This document shows positions 20,474-28,816 of a stretch of DNA of 36,379 bases, piece after piece (position 1 is the first letter of the stretch; each line of letters starts with the position of its first letter). Location of the stretch: IMG/VR virus record IMGVR_UViG_2531839666_000016. One strand, 5' to 3'. The notes below the pieces were generated by a model. That model saw only the letters and a list, made by a program, of their open reading frames with translations. It had not been told where the DNA came from and did no database searches. The position numbers and the translations under genes are program-made. Source of the DNA: a virus (Duplodnaviria > Heunggongvirae > Uroviricota > Caudoviricetes).

Positions 20474-20860
20474 TTAATTGTCGCTTGATCCCAGTGGCAC
20501 TTGTGTTCTCGCCTGTTGATGCAGAGTTTTTTCTGCTCCAATACGACGAGCTTCCACGCTAAAACATCTGCGCATCATACTTGCATGCCAAGACCACGCT
20601 AGGATAACAATGACACAAAGTCCATACCCAATTAGAGAGTGATCTGCTAAGCCGTCAATAATTCGATGCGCTAGTATTCCTAATTCCTCTGATGGCATGC
20701 GCCAAGCTGCAATCATCAGTACAATACTTATAGTTATAGGCACTAGTTGACCGGTTGTCATGGCTTTGAGCATCACATCTCGCCATGCCTGAGCAAAACT
20801 TACTGAATGTTGCCCTTTACCTGATTTTCCACCTTTGCCCTTTGACTTACCCATTATCAT
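20474..20860 (-). CDS. Moron-encoded small membrane protein (Lys/Gly-rich N-terminus, two TM helices), function unknown
   Basis: 128-aa ORF 17 nt upstream of 19879-20457 in the same AT-rich block; TM segments LVPITISIVLMIAAW and LIGYGLCVIVILAWSW. Confidence 0.5.
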   Translation of the reverse strand: MIMGKSKGKGGKSGKGQHSVSFAQAWRDVMLKAMTTGQLVPITISIVLMIAAWRMPSEELGILAHRIIDGLADHSLIGYGLCVIVILAWSWHASMMRRCFSVEARRIGAEKTLHQQARTQVPLGSSDN

Positions 20861-21612
20861 CCAGCCGCGGTTATGATTTTAGGTAAATTCTACAGCTATA
20901 AATAACAAAATAAAACATCCACTTACTACATCTCTTCTTCCATTAGCCATATTTCTCACTTGCAAATCAAGCTTTTTTTGCACAACAAGGCATTATTCTC
21001 CTCAACTTTCTATATGTTGTGTCCCAACAGCTAACAAACAACTATCACCCACATCACATATGTAGGATGCTTAACTTTTTTAAAAGTTCATTATCACTTA
21101 ACTAAGAACCATATTTTCAGACAATTATCTACAGCTGCCATCCATACTTTGCTGTATGCCTGTATATTTTTCTTTGACTACTTATCGAGCTCATCCAAGT
21201 AATCAACAGCCGCACAGATAGGTCTCACCCGGTCCCGCCCTGTGTCAATTAACTCAACCTTGCATGTCCTACTTGTGCGCAGTTCGTGATCAACGCCACT
21301 ATCAGACATATGATTAACAGTTTGCTATACCTTGTTGGTATCTTTCGTTGCTTATATCCAGCGCTCTGCTATAGCCTAGATGTTGAGTCCTCCTATTCGT
21401 AACGCTTCTGATCAGCGTTCATTTGTACTTCGCTAGTACCGTATGAATATCCTAGACCGAATACCCTAGCGGTAGCAGTGCTAAACGCAGCAGCTAGCAA
21501 GATAATCATTTCGATACCCATTGTGCTCCCACATCAGAGTAGATCTCAGCAGATTGAACAGAATGTGCTAGGAATAACAATTCGAAAAAAGCTATCGTTC
21601 AATCCGCCCCTG

Positions 21613-22050
21613 TTAATCCAGGCATTGAGTTCTGATGTATTCCTGTAGGTAATTAACCTGTGCAGTTATCTTGTCGATTCCACTTCGGAGGCGGTAATAA
21701 TTGAGTTCAGCATCTGCTGTAAGTCTTGGGCTTTCTCCATCGCCCATGCTGCTGGCTCCGGTCGTTGACTTTGCACAGGTGGCGGCGACTTGCAGCCGCT
21801 TACGCCCAGCAGAAACATCATCACGGAGACTTTCGATAGTCGCGTTAGCATCAGCAAGCTCCTTTGTATATCTGGCATCGAGTTCTGCTACATCATGTTG
21901 ACGCTTCTGCATGTCAGCGATTGTGGATGTGGCCTTATCGCGCTGCTCTTTGTAGGTAATGGCGTTATCACGGTAATGATTAACCGCCCATGACAGGCAG
22001 ACGATGATGCAGATAACCAGAGCGGAGATAATCGCGGTTACTCTGCTCAT
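21613..22050 (-). CDS. Rz: Rz i-spanin
   Basis: 145 aa; N-terminal sequence [34 protein letters not shown] matches lambda Rz as recalled; follows endolysin. Confidence 0.8.
   Translation of the reverse strand: MSRVTAIISALVICIIVCLSWAVNHYRDNAITYKEQRDKATSTIADMQKRQHDVAELDARYTKELADANATIESLRDDVSAGRKRLQVAATCAKSTTGASSMGDGESPRLTADAELNYYRLRSGIDKITAQVNYLQEYIRTQCLD
21666..21878 (-). CDS. Rz1: Rz1 o-spanin (lipoprotein embedded in Rz in alternative frame); likely start at MMFLL (about 21821)
   Basis: Embedded ORF with lipobox LLGVSGC followed by a Pro-rich segment, the hallmark of Rz1. Confidence 0.6.
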   Translation of the reverse strand: MPDIQRSLLMLTRLSKVSVMMFLLGVSGCKSPPPVQSQRPEPAAWAMEKAQDLQQMLNSIITASEVESTR

Positions 22051-22523
22051 ACCTCAATCTCTCTGACCATTCCGCCAGCTTCTTTGAATTTTGCAATCAG
22101 GTTGTCAGCCTTATGCTCGAACTGACCATAACCAGCCCCCGGCAGTGAAGCCCAGATATTGCTGCAACGGTCGATTGCCTGACGGATATCACCGCGATCA
22201 ATCATCGGTAAAGCGCCACGTTCTTTAATCTGCTGCAATGCCACTGCGTCCTGGCTTTTGGGGGAGAAGTCTTTCAGGCCAAGCTGCTTACGGTAAGCAT
22301 CCCACCAGCGTGAAAGAAGCTGATAACGTCCGGCTGCTGTTGATTTGAGTTTGGGGTTTAGCGTGACAAGCTTGCGAGGGTGATCGGAGTAATCAGTGAA
22401 GAGTTCTCCACCGACAATAACATCATAACCGTGGTTACGTGTCGGTTGTCGCCCGTTATCCGTTCCTTCTGACCATGCCACCATATCGAGGAAAGCTTTA
22501 CGCTGAGGATTAAGATTTTGCAT
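22047..22523 (-). CDS. R: Endolysin, lambda R-like lytic transglycosylase
   Basis: 158 aa, near-identical over most of its length to lambda R as recalled (…[19 protein letters not shown]…). Confidence 0.9.
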   Translation of the reverse strand: MQNLNPQRKAFLDMVAWSEGTDNGRQPTRNHGYDVIVGGELFTDYSDHPRKLVTLNPKLKSTAAGRYQLLSRWWDAYRKQLGLKDFSPKSQDAVALQQIKERGALPMIDRGDIRQAIDRCSNIWASLPGAGYGQFEHKADNLIAKFKEAGGMVREIEV

Positions 22524-22827
22524 TTTTCACCCCTGTCAGTCGTTCCCAGAAGTACGTCAGTGCAACCGACCCCATCGCACCGCTAATCCCCGCTGTCGCG
22601 AGAATCATGTAAATACTGAATCCACTTTCGATGCTAATCAGGCCACCAATAACACCGGTGAATCCTGATACCACTATTTGAGCCAGAGCATTTATCCAAC
22701 TCCACGTTGCTTTACTCTGCTTCACATCTATCAGGTAGCGGACCAGACCGCCCCAACCTGCAATGATCAGCAAAACGAGCCAGAACGCTCCGGCAAGGCT
22801 CTCTTTTTCGTGCATATGAATAGCCAA
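22510..22827 (-). CDS. Holin (possible dual-start, TTG codon 1 and ATG codon 5)
   Basis: 105 aa with three hydrophobic helices and charged C-terminus; immediately upstream of endolysin. Confidence 0.7.
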   Translation of the reverse strand: MAIHMHEKESLAGAFWLVLLIIAGWGGLVRYLIDVKQSKATWSWINALAQIVVSGFTGVIGGLISIESGFSIYMILATAGISGAMGSVALTYFWERLTGVKNAKS

Positions 22828-23038
22828 TGTTTCGCCGCCGACAAAAGGCCGGGACGTTAAATGTCAGAATGCAGGCTCACGGGTTAATTTAACGACAAAG
22901 CACGGAGTTGATGCTCCCCGCAAGCCTTGAATAAAAAAGCCAGCATATGGCTGACAACAGAGGGTTAAGCAATGTCAATTCATCAGGCGAAGGCAACAAA
23001 AAGCCCCAGCAAATACCAGGGCTAGACAGATATGAATA

Positions 23039-23218
23039 CTACTGTTCTTCTATTTTTTTACTGGAAATCAATCCACTGGTCATTTCATAACCGTTTGTGT
23101 GGCCACAGTAAGGGCAAATAATTGGCTCTTTATCCTTTCCTCCTGGATAGCCTCCACTGTGCTCCCAATAAATAAACTCTTTATTGCAACTTTCATTACT
23201 ACATCTTGTATTGCTCAT
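23039..23218 (-). CDS. Small Cys-rich (zinc-ribbon-like) protein, 59 aa, first ORF of the late transcript
   Basis: Hand-translated: MSNTRCSNESCNKEFIYWEHSGGYPGGKDKEPIICPYCGHTNGYEMTSGLISSKKIEEQ; GGGAG Shine-Dalgarno 7 nt upstream of ATG; below the 60-aa cutoff of the ORF track. Confidence 0.35.
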   Translation of the reverse strand: MSNTRCSNESCNKEFIYWEHSGGYPGGKDKEPIICPYCGHTNGYEMTSGLISSKKIEEQ

Positions 23219-23288
23219 TGCATCACTCCCTCAGTAAGTAAGGAAATAAATACATAGCATAACCAAATCATTATTCGAAATTTGAGCA

Positions 23289-23314
23289 CAAAAAAACCCG
23301 CTCGATGGCGGGTT
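23289..23314 (-). terminator. Candidate tR' (terminator of short pR' leader transcript)
   Basis: On minus strand: AACCCGC-loop-GCGGGTT followed by T7; about 100 nt downstream of Q stop. Confidence 0.5.
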
Positions 23315-23360
23315 CAAGAAGATTATCAACGGTAGACACACAAAGCCCATCGTTAGGATA

Positions 23361-23389
23361 ATCCTAACCATATTTTTTGAAAAATGCAA
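23361..23389 (-). promoter_or_regulatory. Candidate late promoter pR' with overlapping palindrome (possible Q-utilisation site)
   Basis: Minus strand TTGCAT, 17-nt spacer, TAGGAT; the 17-bp palindrome GTTAGGAT-A-ATCCTAAC (23352-23368) overlaps the -10. Confidence 0.35.
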
Positions 23390-23420
23390 GAATCATGTCG
23401 CCATCTTCGGCGAAAATCAT

Positions 23421-24173
23421 TTATCTTGTCACTCTCCTCAATTGTGTCTCAGCATATGCTTCTTCCTGCCAGCACTTTGTAACCAGTTTATCAATGACAT
23501 CTGCATATCCTTTGTACCACTGATAATCCGTCAGGTCTGGTACCAGCTTCTGGACATGATGCCGCGCCAGTGTGGTTGGTAAACGGCTAAACCGGTTTCC
23601 ATTGCAACGCCCACAAATCTTATAAACAGGCGTGCCATGAAGCCGGGTCCTTTTTTCATCCAGGACAATACCTTTACCCTTACACCCTCTGCACGCTGTG
23701 CTGACTTCTCCCTTACCATGACAATGCTGACATAGTTCCTTCACCCACTCTTCCTTGATAACAGATTCCCCGCTTCTGGAGTGTTTCACCACCTCGCGCA
23801 ATACATTATGAAATCCAGTACCAGCACAATGCTCACAGCGAGCCTTACTTGCCGCAGACCTGGAATAATCAGCAAAGGCAAAATTCACAAGGTAAGGGAT
23901 GATCTGTAACCGGATTTCTTCACTCAATTTGTTCAATGTCGGGTTATCCAGTGCCATCGCGTAATTGAGCAGACCTTCAATCGCAAACTGAGGATCCTGA
24001 ACGCCAACTTTTGCCAGGAATAAGGTAAACCCAAGCGGTGCTTTCGACTGCACCATCCCCTGTGCAGCCATCACATCCGTAATCGTTAAACCACCTGAGC
24101 CTGTCGCCGGTGCGTCATCACTCAATTTTGGAGATTTTGGGGAGTAATATTTTGGTAAGGCTTCAAGGTTCAT
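23421..24173 (-). CDS. Q: Late-gene antiterminator Q (zinc-finger type)
   Basis: 250 aa with Cys/His clusters (CEHCAGTG, CQHCHGKG, CRGCKGKG, CGRCNG); located immediately upstream of pR'-lysis cassette. Confidence 0.75.
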   Translation of the reverse strand: MNLEALPKYYSPKSPKLSDDAPATGSGGLTITDVMAAQGMVQSKAPLGFTLFLAKVGVQDPQFAIEGLLNYAMALDNPTLNKLSEEIRLQIIPYLVNFAFADYSRSAASKARCEHCAGTGFHNVLREVVKHSRSGESVIKEEWVKELCQHCHGKGEVSTACRGCKGKGIVLDEKRTRLHGTPVYKICGRCNGNRFSRLPTTLARHHVQKLVPDLTDYQWYKGYADVIDKLVTKCWQEEAYAETQLRRVTR

Positions 24174-24186
24174 GCTCGTTCTCCAC

Positions 24187-25182
24187 TTACGCCAGTACGC
24201 CTATTGCCAGCGCACGATCGATAAAACGAAATATCAGCTCCAACTGGGAGCCATACATCTCTTCAAATGCCACGGTATCCGCATGCAGCTCGTCGTGATG
24301 CTTTCTGCACAAAGGCAACACAAAGAGGTCATGCGCTTTTGTACCCATTCCCCCCTGACCGTGGCCTATCAGGTGGTGGGGATCATCAGCAAGCTTTCCA
24401 CAACATGCACACGGCTGTGTCTTAACCCAGCGCGTGTACTTTTCATTAACCCAGCGGCGACGTTTTGGGCGTAACATAAAAGACTCCGGCGACTCCGGAT
24501 CCACTTTCAGCGCCAGCACCTTTTTCGCTTTATCCTGGATAATGCTGGTGGCAGGAACCGAAGGCACAAGGTCACTTTCCCGGGTGACAGACGGCACAAC
24601 AGGCTTCGGTAATCTCAGTGCCTTACGGGCTGCACTTTCCGGTAAGGCATCCGCCAGGTCATTACGAATCAGCCACCAGCACAGTTCCGGCATTGTCACA
24701 ACGTGACTATCATCAAAACCGAGATCCCGACGCACAACAGACAACACCCAACGGGCACAGTTATCCGTTGCCATTGATTCCAGCCGTTCCGTGAACTGAT
24801 CGCGCAGCTGGTTATCGCAGTGCCAGCAGAGACGGATTGCGCCCGGAGCGTGCCGCATTGTGGTCATGTTCTCGCTGTGCCAGTCGGAATGAGGCCACTG
24901 GCAGCCTTTTTCACGAAGTAACCAGCTTTCAAGACATTCCACCCCACCAGCACGACGGATCACTGCCTCATTGCGGAACACGGCCCGAACGGCAGGATCA
25001 TCCGCCAGCGGTTGTGATGCCGCGGGAACGGCACCACTGGCGAAAGATGAATAACGTTCCGGCTCAGGCTCCAGCAGGACACGCCCCTGCATAAACAGGG
25101 GCATCAGCTCTGAACCGGGCCTGAACAATACGATCCCCATACGCGGGGCAATTTCAGGGGTCAGTAGTGCTCTCACAGTCAC
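24187..25182 (-). CDS. DUF968-family protein with C-terminal HNH-like motif (nin region)
   Basis: 331 aa; C-terminal CACCGK...HHLIGHGQGG...CRKHHDELH. Confidence 0.55.
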   Translation of the reverse strand: MTVRALLTPEIAPRMGIVLFRPGSELMPLFMQGRVLLEPEPERYSSFASGAVPAASQPLADDPAVRAVFRNEAVIRRAGGVECLESWLLREKGCQWPHSDWHSENMTTMRHAPGAIRLCWHCDNQLRDQFTERLESMATDNCARWVLSVVRRDLGFDDSHVVTMPELCWWLIRNDLADALPESAARKALRLPKPVVPSVTRESDLVPSVPATSIIQDKAKKVLALKVDPESPESFMLRPKRRRWVNEKYTRWVKTQPCACCGKLADDPHHLIGHGQGGMGTKAHDLFVLPLCRKHHDELHADTVAFEEMYGSQLELIFRFIDRALAIGVLA

Positions 25183-25183
25183 C

Positions 25184-26026
25184 TCAATGAACGGTATCGA
25201 GCAACTTTAACAGCTCGGGGAATCGGGATTCGAAGAAATACGGCTGCGTCTCGCGCGGATTTGCGGGACTGGTGATGTTCTTGCCGAACATGCAGCCTTT
25301 CGCCGTCAGCGACCAGAATTTTTTGATGTTGTTAATCGCGGTACGGCTGTATCGTTCGCGTTGTTCAACGATCCCCAGCTTCACCATCTGGTGATATGCC
25401 TGATTAGCCGTCAGGCGGATACCATACTGTTTCAGCAGTGCACTCAGCGACAGCGTGGGGCGACTTGAGCCATCAGGCGCGTCAGCAGGAGCATCAATGG
25501 CATAGCGCGGTGCCAGATTCGGTAAGCCAACAGCCTCCTGGAGTTTCTGACAGGCACCAAGCACTGATGAGTTAGACAGGTTTAATTCCCGGCGCATAAA
25601 GTCCAGCAGGATCACACCAGCCTGCATCTTGTCAGCAGCCTGCCCGGATAATTTTTCCGGTGCGCTGGTTACCATATCGAAAGTACGGATCACCTTCAGA
25701 TGGAATGACGAGCTGATCCACATTGCATAGGCATACACCAGTTCTTTGCAGACATACGTCCCCTGGTTATTTCCGCCATTAATGACGCTAACTGGTTGAT
25801 TTTGTTCCAGAGGCGGAATTCCACCCTCGGTGAAAAGTTGTTCAATCAATTCACAGGTTTGCTTATTGGAGAGCCAGTATTTCGGGCGGTTTTTTTGTTC
25901 TCCCCCGGCTGCCCTGTGCAGATCGTTCAGGCTGTAACGCCCATAAGCATCACGACGAACTTCAATACCATCAATGACCATCAGATTATTCATACTTCGT
26001 TTCTCCTCTTGCTCAGGCGGCTGCAC
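25184..26026 (-). CDS. KilA-N domain protein
   Basis: 280 aa; N-terminal MNNLMVIDGIEVRRDAYGRYSLNDLHRAAG resembles KilA-N DNA-binding domain. Confidence 0.55.
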   Translation of the reverse strand: MQPPEQEEKRSMNNLMVIDGIEVRRDAYGRYSLNDLHRAAGGEQKNRPKYWLSNKQTCELIEQLFTEGGIPPLEQNQPVSVINGGNNQGTYVCKELVYAYAMWISSSFHLKVIRTFDMVTSAPEKLSGQAADKMQAGVILLDFMRRELNLSNSSVLGACQKLQEAVGLPNLAPRYAIDAPADAPDGSSRPTLSLSALLKQYGIRLTANQAYHQMVKLGIVEQRERYSRTAINNIKKFWSLTAKGCMFGKNITSPANPRETQPYFFESRFPELLKLLDTVH

Positions 26027-26402
26027 CCGCCGTTTTCTCGTACTTACTGATAGTGATCTCGACCTTCCCTTCCGGGATAACCGGTCCCCACTCCACCAGC
26101 ATTCTTTTCACCAGACTGTCGTCTTCCCACACACCCGCGTGGGTCAGGGCGTCAAACAGCGCCTTGTTATAGTTGTCCAGATCGCGGATCCGGTTATCCG
26201 GAGGAAACAACACGATCTCCACTGAAGCAGGTGCCGACGTTGGTTTTGGCAGACGACGTAACTGCTCAACTATTGCGGCACACGCCGCGCTCTGGAATTT
26301 TCGCCCCGCCGCGCTTATCAGGCTCTTACCAGCAAACGCCCCTTTGTTGGGGTGTCGCCAGTACGTGTTCACGCTGGGCGGAAAAGGCAGAATCAGCTTC
26401 AT
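26013..26402 (-). CDS. rusA: RusA Holliday-junction resolvase
   Basis: 129 aa with LPFPPSVNTYWR…RDLDNYNKALFDALTHAGVWEDDSLV, matching the RusA signature. Confidence 0.85.
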   Translation of the reverse strand: MKLILPFPPSVNTYWRHPNKGAFAGKSLISAAGRKFQSAACAAIVEQLRRLPKPTSAPASVEIVLFPPDNRIRDLDNYNKALFDALTHAGVWEDDSLVKRMLVEWGPVIPEGKVEITISKYEKTAGAAA

Positions 26403-26725
26403 ACTTTCAGCTCCCTCTCATGTAACCAGTGGGCTGCACGCAGCCTGGCGTTTTCCTCACCGGCAAGCAGTGAGCGGATAATCCCGGCCGCCTCGCTGTC
26501 GTCGCCCTTCACCGCGGTATGAAGCGTTATCCCCCGGGCCACGCCACGCTTTATCGTGATGACGCCTTTTTTCTCCAGTGCGCGAAGATGCTCCACCGCT
26601 GCATTCACCGAACGGTATCCCAGCATGGTTGCCACCTCCTGATTGGTTGGCGGGAAACCACGTTCTTTCTGATAAGAAATCAGCATATCCAGCACCTGCT
26701 GCTGGCATTGAGTTAACGTCGTCAT
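26399..26725 (-). CDS. LexA N-terminal DNA-binding-domain homolog lacking the S24 peptidase domain
   Basis: 108 aa; by-eye alignment to E. coli LexA residues 1-65 (LT.RQQEV.D.I…G.PPT..E.A..LG.RS.NAA.EHL.AL..KGVI.I..G..RGI.L); no Ser/Lys autocleavage domain. Confidence 0.6.
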   Translation of the reverse strand: MTTLTQCQQQVLDMLISYQKERGFPPTNQEVATMLGYRSVNAAVEHLRALEKKGVITIKRGVARGITLHTAVKGDDSEAAGIIRSLLAGEENARLRAAHWLHERELKV

Positions 26726-27408
26726 GCCGCCATCTCCCTGACCAGTTTTTCCGCCTGCTGGCGAACCTGCGCCAGAAACGCCTCACCACATGCCTCAAGT
26801 TCATCGCGCCCGATGTAGCTGATTGCCGGTCCCTTCCAGGTCTTGTCGAAAACAGCAATAGCACCAGCGAAGAAAGCACCTGTCGGCACCTGCTTCTCGT
26901 CCTTCGGGATAAACCAGGCAGGCAGTTCAAAACCAATACGCCCGCGAATAAAAGCAATATGGTCCGCATCTTCCGGCCACCACACTTCACTGGTGGCAGC
27001 TTTGATCAGGAAAACATAGCGCCCGCCTTTATCACGCATGGCACTGGCATGTTTCATGATGTAACGCATGCCGGTGATGTATTGCCCCTCATGCTGACTG
27101 GCGCGGCTGTATGGGGGATTACCAAAGGCAGCACCTTTAAGCTCCGCAAGGCGTTCTGACCAGTCATGCGCCAGCGCGTTGTCTTCCGCCGTGTAATACG
27201 CGGCACATTTGGCGTTATCACCGTCAGTGAACAGATCCAGAACAAACGGGCCAAACAGGGTGTTAATTCCCCAGAAAATGTTGTCCGGCGTGCGCCACTG
27301 ATCGCCCACTTCCTTCAGTTCATGGGCTGGTTTGTTCCGCAGTTCCACCAGTGCCTGACAATATTTATTACTCATTAAGCCCCCACGTAATTCCCTGACA
27401 GATACCAC
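26722..27408 (-). CDS. Orphan N6-adenine DNA methyltransferase (phage Dam family)
   Basis: 228 aa with catalytic NPPY motif (GNPPYSRA); no adjacent restriction endonuclease. Confidence 0.75.
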   Translation of the reverse strand: MVSVRELRGGLMSNKYCQALVELRNKPAHELKEVGDQWRTPDNIFWGINTLFGPFVLDLFTDGDNAKCAAYYTAEDNALAHDWSERLAELKGAAFGNPPYSRASQHEGQYITGMRYIMKHASAMRDKGGRYVFLIKAATSEVWWPEDADHIAFIRGRIGFELPAWFIPKDEKQVPTGAFFAGAIAVFDKTWKGPAISYIGRDELEACGEAFLAQVRQQAEKLVREMAA

Positions 27409-27869
27409 TCTTCACCCGATGCAGCGCGCTTGCTGCTTTTCTGTAAGCACTGCTCACGACGCGCCAGAAAATTGTTTCGTTCTGGCTGGGAGTGGCTTTC
27501 ACGGAATGCCGCCATCCACACCGTTGCAGCACGACGGTATAAGCCCCTGGACTCCAGTTCTTCAGCCTGGCGGGTCAGGCACAAAATCACTCGGGGATCG
27601 TTAGTGCCGACATAGAAATTACGCACAGGTCTGGTTTCACGAACTGGTTGTGGTTCCGGCTCCTGCGCTCTCTCAGTCAGGCGCGGGAAATGTCTGCGTG
27701 TATCTCCTTCACAACGGTGAGCCACACGCCCACTCTGACGTAACTTGCTTGCTGACTGCAGAACGCGCTGCCGTGAGTAACCTGCAAAAGCATCCGCAAT
27801 GTCTCCGGAAGTACACCCCGGATGGGCTTCAATGAATTTCTGAACGTCATTCAAAAGACTCATGATCAC
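27375..27869 (-). CDS. Hypothetical regulator-like protein (C-terminal PerC-like motif), in the position normally held by a helicase loader
   Basis: 164 aa; C-terminal RGLYRRAATVWMAAF resembles the PerC-family motif as recalled; immediately downstream of O-like initiator. Confidence 0.35.
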   Translation of the reverse strand: MIMSLLNDVQKFIEAHPGCTSGDIADAFAGYSRQRVLQSASKLRQSGRVAHRCEGDTRRHFPRLTERAQEPEPQPVRETRPVRNFYVGTNDPRVILCLTRQAEELESRGLYRRAATVWMAAFRESHSQPERNNFLARREQCLQKSSKRAASGEEWYLSGNYVGA

Positions 27870-28807
27870 CCCCTGAATCCTGCCGGGATCTGGCTGTAGT
27901 CCACGTTGTCGTAACTGGATTTGAAGTACGGGTCTTCGCGTTTTTCGGTGTACGTGCTTACGGACGGCGATAAGCGCAGGGAAAGCTCATCCCATTTTTC
28001 CCGCAGCTTCGACGGGCTGAGCACGTTACGGCACCAGAACGGATCGCGGCTGACGCGGCTGTACATCTCGCAGATTTGTTTGTGAGTACGACCATCCTGC
28101 ACACACATCAGGCGAATTTCGTTTGCCCAGGCTGTCCAGTTCGTTTTTTTGGGACGAACCACCTCGCCGTCACATTCGGCGGCCTGCTCGTACAGGGCGA
28201 TGATTTTTTTCCAGAGCCACTGTGCACAGGTCAAATCATCCTGCGTCCCCCACTGGCGCTTTTTAGGGCTGAATACAACCGCATCAGGATGGCGAGTTAA
28301 AAAATCCTGTTCATCCATCTGCGTGTCCGGTTGCGAAGCGTCCGGACGAGAGGGTTTTTTATCTGACGGATCATGTTTTGATTTTACTGACGGATCCCCG
28401 CCAGATTCTGACGGGTGAAAACCCGCTTTTTTGCCAGATTTCGACGCATCAAATTTTGACGGGTCAGATTTTGATGCGTCAGATTTTGACGGGTCAGAAT
28501 CTGACAGTTGAGAAAATGCCGCTGCCTGAAGCTTCGCAACGTTAAGCTGATAAACATTCGACGCATTGCGGTTACCCTGGCGACGCGCCTTACGCGTTAA
28601 CCAGCCTTCTGCTTCCAGCCGTGCGATAGCCGTTCTGACGGTACTCATCCCCGCGCCAATCTGGCGGGCAATGGTTTCAATTGATGGCCAGCACACACCT
28701 TCGTCATTACTGAAATCAGCCAGGCGGGCCATAATTGCCACGCTGGATAACTTCATGCCTGATGCAGCGCAACCATCCCATACATAGCCGGTTAATTTAG
28801 TGCTCAT
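27866..28807 (-). CDS. Replication initiator (lambda O-like) with internal iteron origin
   Basis: 313 aa; N-terminal winged-helix-like region, central low-complexity linker (SDSDPSKSDASKSDPSKFDASKSGKK) encoded by iterons, C-terminal domain. Confidence 0.65.
   Translation of the reverse strand: MSTKLTGYVWDGCAASGMKLSSVAIMARLADFSNDEGVCWPSIETIARQIGAGMSTVRTAIARLEAEGWLTRKARRQGNRNASNVYQLNVAKLQAAAFSQLSDSDPSKSDASKSDPSKFDASKSGKKAGFHPSESGGDPSVKSKHDPSDKKPSRPDASQPDTQMDEQDFLTRHPDAVVFSPKKRQWGTQDDLTCAQWLWKKIIALYEQAAECDGEVVRPKKTNWTAWANEIRLMCVQDGRTHKQICEMYSRVSRDPFWCRNVLSPSKLREKWDELSLRLSPSVSTYTEKREDPYFKSSYDNVDYSQIPAGFRG
28361..28510. repeat. Iteron array (putative replication origin) inside initiator gene
   Basis: About eight tandem 15-16 bp repeats of consensus AGATTTTGACGGGTC (e.g. 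28451-28465, 28466-28480, 28481-28495). Confidence 0.6.
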
Positions 28808-28816
28808 GACCGACCT

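Noticed and set aside
21178-21309. 43-aa minus-strand ORF inside the ORF-free AT-rich spacer
   Set aside because: No Shine-Dalgarno sequence upstream and no supporting context; kept only as a possibility within the spacer finding.
20861-21612. Possible tRNA gene in the spacer (tRNAs often sit near Q/lysis in lambdoid phages)
   Set aside because: No GGTTCGAATCC-like T-loop or cloverleaf-compatible sequence seen by eye; a tRNAscan run would be needed to exclude it fully.
22931-23030. Two short hairpins with flanking A/T runs between the small Cys-rich ORF and the holin
   Set aside because: Stems are only 5 bp with large loops; too weak to call as terminators.
28361-28510. Tandem repeats that could be mistaken for a CRISPR array
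   Set aside because: Repeats are 15-16 bp, contiguous without spacers and lie within a coding sequence; they are replication iterons. No CRISPR array was seen anywhere in the window.
28384-28566. 60-aa minus-strand ORF with repeated RQNLT motifs
   Set aside because: It is an alternative-frame translation of the iteron array inside the O-like gene; the repetition is DNA-level (origin iterons), not a real repeat protein.
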